Of a stretch of 64,000 nucleotides of DNA, positions 59,433 through 64,000 are shown piece by piece. Each line of letters begins with the position of its first letter. Position 1 is the first letter of the stretch. Both the position numbers and the translations under genes were made by a program. Below the pieces are notes generated by a model. The model had not been told where the DNA came from. It searched no databases and saw only the letters and a list, made by a program, of their open reading frames with translations. Source of the DNA: Candidatus Thorarchaeota archaeon (GTDB lineage Archaea; Asgardarchaeota; Thorarchaeia; Thorarchaeales; Thorarchaeaceae); the NCBI GenBank assembly GCA_048882325.1, contig JBHLRS010000001.1, positions 85,557 through 149,556 of the forward strand. Reading direction: 5' to 3'.

Positions 59433-60656
59433 TCAACCGTAAATCTCGTCGAGACCATCCCACGATAGTCCCATAGCTTGCGCAACTAACACTGCTAGAT
59501 CTTTGACGCTCTTACTTGAACCTGCATGAGGTAGTTGGTCATGCATGAAGTCCACACATGAGGGACAAGAGGCTATCACTGTGTCTGCATTAGTTTCTTC
59601 AATATCCTCAACTTTCAGTTTGTTTATCTGCAATGCAAAGTCCGCATCGACAGCTCTTAGAACCCCACCTGACCCACAACAATAGCAGTTGGCCTTGTTA
59701 TGAGGTAGCTCCTCGAATGTCACTCCTGGAAGGTGTTCCAAGACTTTGCGCGGCTGCTCATAGAATCCTGAATTCCGTCCTGCATCACAACCATCATGGA
59801 AAGTCACAGTCAAGTCCAAGGGAGTGTTGAGATCTAGCTTATTCTCGTCAATCTTTTCCTCAAAGTATTCGGGACCGTAGAGAATCTCAAAGCCATGATC
59901 GATGCCTAGGAACTCATGATATTCGTGTGCCCACATCTTATAGCAACCTGGGCAGTTTGTCACGACACGCTCTACACCGAGCTCTTTGTACTTCTTGATA
60001 TTGTGTTCTGCAAAGGCTCGTGCAGTTTCAAAGTTTCCAGTCATGATCATCGGTGCGCCGCAACAATATTCCTCCTCTCCAAGAACGGTATAGTCCTCAC
60101 CGATCTTGTCCATAATCAGTGTTGTAGCTATTGTTGCCTGGATTGATACACCCCTGAATGATGAGGCACAACCAAAGAAGAATGCTGTCTTTCCAGGTTG
60201 TCCCTGTTTGTCAATCAGATCATCTTCATTTGGTGTCCAGTATGACCACCCTTCAATTCTATCCATCTGCGCTTGACCTTGAATATTGAAGTTCTTGAGT
60301 AGCGTCTCTTTCGCCATTTCTAAAGCTTCAGGCCACATTCCTCGTCTCATGAAGTCGTTTCTCAACACCTGGTAGATCTTGACGAACGGAATATCAACCT
60401 GGCATACCTCCTCACAACCTCCACAGAGGGTACAACCAAAGATTGCATCTCTAAGACCTTCGAGACCTTCAGATGGTCTCAGTCTGCCCTGCATCAGGGC
60501 TCGGGTCAACATCATCTTCCCCTTTCCGGAGTAGCTGTCTCTTCGCTTTACCTTGTAAGTGGGACATGCTCCATGACCCACTTGACAGAAACTACATTGA
60601 GCACAAGTAAAAGCGTATTCTTGAAGTTCATGTTCACTCAAAGCTGGGAAGTCCAT
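59433..60656 (-). CDS. (Fe-S)-binding CCG-domain protein (fifth paralog)
   Basis: CAQCSFCQVGHGACP, CTLCGGCEEVC, CCGAP, HDGC, CCGSGG. Start placed at MDFP. Confidence 0.88.
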   Translation of the reverse strand: MDFPALSEHELQEYAFTCAQCSFCQVGHGACPTYKVKRRDSYSGKGKMMLTRALMQGRLRPSEGLEGLRDAIFGCTLCGGCEEVCQVDIPFVKIYQVLRNDFMRRGMWPEALEMAKETLLKNFNIQGQAQMDRIEGWSYWTPNEDDLIDKQGQPGKTAFFFGCASSFRGVSIQATIATTLIMDKIGEDYTVLGEEEYCCGAPMIMTGNFETARAFAEHNIKKYKELGVERVVTNCPGCYKMWAHEYHEFLGIDHGFEILYGPEYFEEKIDENKLDLNTPLDLTVTFHDGCDAGRNSGFYEQPRKVLEHLPGVTFEELPHNKANCYCCGSGGVLRAVDADFALQINKLKVEDIEETNADTVIASCPSCVDFMHDQLPHAGSSKSVKDLAVLVAQAMGLSWDGLDEIYG

Positions 60657-60800
60657 GGTGTAGGTCTCCGTGACTATGACGCAGGTTGGGCAAAGCAAGC
60701 CACCTTAAAATCTTTGCAGTCCGCACCTGTCTAGTATCGATTACCATCTTCTTTTTCTGATGAGAATCTCTAATATCAAATCCTCGCTAGGTTGGAACAC

Positions 60801-63800
60801 CTAGCGAGTTTTTCGAATTATGGCTTCTGCAACTAAGAGGATAATGATACTAGTGCCCACCCAAGTTAGAATAACAATCAAAAACTGATCCATTGGGAAT
60901 GGAGGTGGAGTTGGAGTTGGAGTTTCAGTTGGGGTTGTTTGTGTTGACGACGAAGTTGGTGTGAGTGTTGATGTTGTAGCTGCAGCTTCTACTGTAACAT
61001 TGACTTGATCAACTACCGAGTTGCTTCCTACATCAGTAACAGAAACGGTAAAGTTGTATTCCCCTGGTGAGAGTCCATCCACTGAAATGGAAATCACCTC
61101 ACCACTGGAATTCCATGCACCTGATTTTACTAATATGCCATCTCTGAAGATTTCGTAACTCACTGGATTTAGATCTACAGGACTCCAAGAAATAGAGTGT
61201 CCTGTTTCACCTTCAGTATAGATAATATCATCAGGGCTGTCTATGATCGGGTCTGTGCCATCTTGGACATAGACAAATACTGTATCTGATGCATCGCTTC
61301 CGCCAACATCAACGACTCTAAGAGTATAGTTGTAGGAACCTACCTGATGCCCATCCACTGACACGTTGAATGTTTCTGATGATGAGTTCCACGGTCCTGA
61401 TGCAATCAGAACACCTTCTCGGAATAGCTCATACACTGAGGGGTGAGTGTCACTTGGACTCCAAACAATCGTATAGCCAGTTTCACCTTCGTTGTAGAAC
61501 ACGTCTGGTGGACTATCAATTGTCGGGGCACTTCCATCAGACACATGAACGAAGACAGTATCATTGGCTAAGTTTCCACCTGTATCCAAGACGAAGATTG
61601 TGAAGTTGTAGGTTCCGAGAGCTAACCCATCCACATTGATTGATATTGTTTCAACTGAGGAGTTCCATAGACCAGTCTTGACTTGTACACCTTCCCGAAA
61701 TATCTCATAGTTTGCAGGGTGTAAGTCAGAAGGATCCCATGTGATGCTATTGCCTTGAACCCCTTCATCGTAGAAGACATCTGGAGGACTGTCGATAGTT
61801 GGGTCTGTACCATCTGAAATTGTTACATAGACAGTATCGTTTGCAGTGTTCGAATCAACATCAGTGACAACTAACGTGAAATTGTGTACGCCTAGGTTCA
61901 GTCCATCAAGTGATATTGAGATTGTTTCAGATGTGGAGTTCCAGAGGCCAGTCTTTACTAGAACATTATTTTGATAGATTTCATAACCTGATGGATTTAG
62001 GTCATCAGGAGACCAGACAATCTGTTCTCCAGTCTGGCCTTCGTCAATCCACATATCGATTGGTGCATCTATCGTAGGAGGTGTTGCATCACTCACAGTA
62101 ACCCAAACAATATCTGAGACAGTATTTCCTCCAATATCATAGACTTTGATTGTATAATTATAAAGACCATAGGACAGCCCGTTTACAGACATGGAGATTG
62201 TTTCAGATGTGGAGTTCCAGAGGCCAGTCTTTACTAGAACATCATTTTGATAGATTTCATAACTATCCGGATATGTGTCAGCTGGATCCCATGTAATTGA
62301 TCCGCCTGCATCGCCCTCATTGTAATTGATGTCAATGGGAGAATCGATGGTTGGAGGAGTGCCATCTAACACATAGACAAATACCGTATCTACATCAACA
62401 TTGCCACCAATGTCAACAACCCAAATTGTGTAGTTGAAATCCCCTACCAGATGTCCTGATACTGAGATTGAGATGAATTCGCCGCTAGAGTTCCATGCTC
62501 CAGATTTGATGGGTGAATCATCCAAGTATATCACATAGCTGATAGGATGCGTGTCTGATGGACTCCATGTGAGGGTGCCTCCAGGGTTTCCTTCGTCATA
62601 CGTGATATCAGTGGGACTATCGAGAACAGGTGGAGTACCATCGACAACAGTAACCCATACTGTGTCCTCTGCTGTATTACTGTCAAGGTCAGTGACTAAA
62701 GCTGTGAAATTATAGGAACCAAGAGTTAATCCATCGAGTGAGATGCTGATTGTTTCAACACTGGAATTCCACGCTCCTGATTTTACAAGAACACCATCCA
62801 TGTATACTGCATAAGATGATGGATTCAGGTCCAAAGGATTCCACGTCACAAATAGTCCCGTCACTCCTTCATAAATAGTCTGATTTGCTGGTTGATCTAT
62901 CGTTGGCAGATCCGCATTGTATACCGTTACTATGACCTCATCGGTGACTACGTTGCCTCCTATGTCTAATAAGACAATCGTATAGTTGTAGGATCCTATG
63001 AACAATTCGTCAACAGATATGGTCATTGTTTCACTAGAAGAGTTCCACGTCCCGGATTTCACCTGCACGCCTTCTCGTAGAATCTGATAGCTTACTGGAT
63101 GCAGGTCAGAAGGTGACCATGTTATCGAGTATCCAGAATCGCCATCTGGATAGTCAATGTCTGCTGGGTGATCCACAAGAGGTGGAGTGCCGTCATACAC
63201 TGTGACGAACACCGTATCAATTGCAGTTCTTGAAGTAGTATCAAAGACCACTATTGTCACATTATAGACTCCCAATGAGAGTCCATCGATTGAGAATACT
63301 ATTGTTTCCGAGCTGCTATTCCATGATCTTGATATTATAAGAGCACCATCACGATAGATTTCGTATGATGATGGATGAAGGTCATATGGACTCCAAACTA
63401 TCTGATTGCCGCTTGTTCCCTCAACCACGTCACGGTCAACAGGGGTATCAATAGTAGGATCTGTTCCGTCAACCACATTGATAAGAACAGAATCTGAAGC
63501 TGTGTTTTTTCCGACATCCTCAACAACAATCATGTAGGTGTATGAACCCATGGCAAGCCCATCAACAGAGATGGAAATAGATTCACTACTAGAGTTCCAG
63601 AGACCAGTTTTTACGGGCGATCCGTCCCTATAGATTGTATAATTCTGCGGATTCAAGTCTGAGGGATTCCAAGTAATAGAATATCCAGTTGCACCCTCGT
63701 TGTATGTTATATCAAGCGGACTATCAATTGTTGGGAATGTCCCATCAGAAACAATGACTAAAACCGTGTCCGATGCATTGTTTGACCCAATATCAGTCAC

Positions 63801-64000
63801 TTCCAAGACATAACTGTATGAACCTACTGCAAGCCCATCGACTGAGATGCTGATTGTTTCCAAACTCGAGTTCCATGAGCCAGATTTCACTGGTACTCCG
63901 TCTTTATAGATGACATAACTGACCGGATTCAAGTCTGAGGGATTCCAGCTGATCGAATGTCCTGTGGTTCCTTCATCATATAGAACATCTGCTGGACTGT
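60801..64000 (-). CDS. Large repetitive cell-surface protein, 5'-truncated, with at least 11 tandem 92-aa Ig-like repeats
   Basis: Frame is open to the window edge. Repeat consensus approximately PTIDSPxDxxYxEGxxGxxIxWxPxDxxPxxYxIYxDGxxVKxGxWNSSxETISISVDGL; T/P-rich linker, TM helix, RKTR tail. Confidence 0.88.
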   Translation of the reverse strand, partial: SPADVLYDEGTTGHSISWNPSDLNPVSYVIYKDGVPVKSGSWNSSLETISISVDGLAVGSYSYVLEVTDIGSNNASDTVLVIVSDGTFPTIDSPLDITYNEGATGYSITWNPSDLNPQNYTIYRDGSPVKTGLWNSSSESISISVDGLAMGSYTYMIVVEDVGKNTASDSVLINVVDGTDPTIDTPVDRDVVEGTSGNQIVWSPYDLHPSSYEIYRDGALIISRSWNSSSETIVFSIDGLSLGVYNVTIVVFDTTSRTAIDTVFVTVYDGTPPLVDHPADIDYPDGDSGYSITWSPSDLHPVSYQILREGVQVKSGTWNSSSETMTISVDELFIGSYNYTIVLLDIGGNVVTDEVIVTVYNADLPTIDQPANQTIYEGVTGLFVTWNPLDLNPSSYAVYMDGVLVKSGAWNSSVETISISLDGLTLGSYNFTALVTDLDSNTAEDTVWVTVVDGTPPVLDSPTDITYDEGNPGGTLTWSPSDTHPISYVIYLDDSPIKSGAWNSSGEFISISVSGHLVGDFNYTIWVVDIGGNVDVDTVFVYVLDGTPPTIDSPIDINYNEGDAGGSITWDPADTYPDSYEIYQNDVLVKTGLWNSTSETISMSVNGLSYGLYNYTIKVYDIGGNTVSDIVWVTVSDATPPTIDAPIDMWIDEGQTGEQIVWSPDDLNPSGYEIYQNNVLVKTGLWNSTSETISISLDGLNLGVHNFTLVVTDVDSNTANDTVYVTISDGTDPTIDSPPDVFYDEGVQGNSITWDPSDLHPANYEIFREGVQVKTGLWNSSVETISINVDGLALGTYNFTIFVLDTGGNLANDTVFVHVSDGSAPTIDSPPDVFYNEGETGYTIVWSPSDTHPSVYELFREGVLIASGPWNSSSETFNVSVDGHQVGSYNYTLRVVDVGGSDASDTVFVYVQDGTDPIIDSPDDIIYTEGETGHSISWSPVDLNPVSYEIFRDGILVKSGAWNSSGEVISISVDGLSPGEYNFTVSVTDVGSNSVVDQVNVTVEAAATTSTLTPTSSSTQTTPTETPTPTPPPFPMDQFLIVILTWVGTSIIILLVAEAIIRKTR
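60990..64000 (-). repeat. Intragenic tandem repeat, 276-bp unit
   Basis: 11 WNS(S/T) motifs; near-identical DNA stretches offset by exactly 276 bp (61918/62194 and 63648/63924). Confidence 0.85.

Noticed and set aside
32232-60656. Selenocysteine read-through in Hdr-like proteins
   Set aside because: Cys motifs are complete within the ORFs and TGA stops fall at normal C-termini.
60990-64000. Possible CRISPR array or DGR template/variable repeat
   Set aside because: The repeats are in-frame 276-bp coding units without spacers, the near-identical pair has only a single mismatch, and no cas or reverse transcriptase gene is present.
1-64000. tRNA, rRNA, IS elements or provirus
   Set aside because: Intergenic gaps are short, and I recognised no cloverleaf, transposase, integrase or capsid signature; covariance-model searches were not run.

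Overview
Gene-dense, roughly 42-45% GC (estimated by eye) archaeal chromosome segment that looks like an Asgard archaeon, most plausibly Thorarchaeia. The assignment is inferred from a Rab-like GTPase with longin-like genes, GGTGA/GAGGTG Shine-Dalgarno motifs, huge N-glycosylated surface proteins with PT-linker/TM/basic tails, and CxxxY-type CcmE. No rRNA, tRNA, CRISPR array or transposase was recognised. Two multi-gene systems stand out. (1) 7.6-13.7 kb: a tightly coupled operon of wHTH regulator, Rab-like GTPase, Zn-ribbon protein, longin-like protein, ~15-TM (7+1+7) membrane protein and a second longin-like protein, facing a divergent paralogous wHTH-PAS sensor across a perfect palindrome. 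It is a candidate receptor/GEF/small-GTPase signalling module. (2) 29.5-60.7 kb: a ~31 kb redox island. It carries System I* cytochrome c maturation (ccmABC, an untracked ccmD, CxxxY ccmE, ccmF), four FAD-oxidoreductase + CCG/Fe-S (HdrD/GlcF-like) pairs in two duplicated cassette types, cytochrome b-like membrane anchors and surface monoheme cytochromes. It also carries a membrane-anchored multiheme cytochrome with unusual CMHCM and CX5CH motifs, plus menA, a polyprenyl synthase and a geranylgeranyl reductase. Together these form a candidate quinone-linked respiratory or extracellular electron-transfer system. The remainder includes mutS/mutL, tal/rpe, two paralogous giant surface proteins and a 92-aa-repeat surface protein truncated at the right edge.
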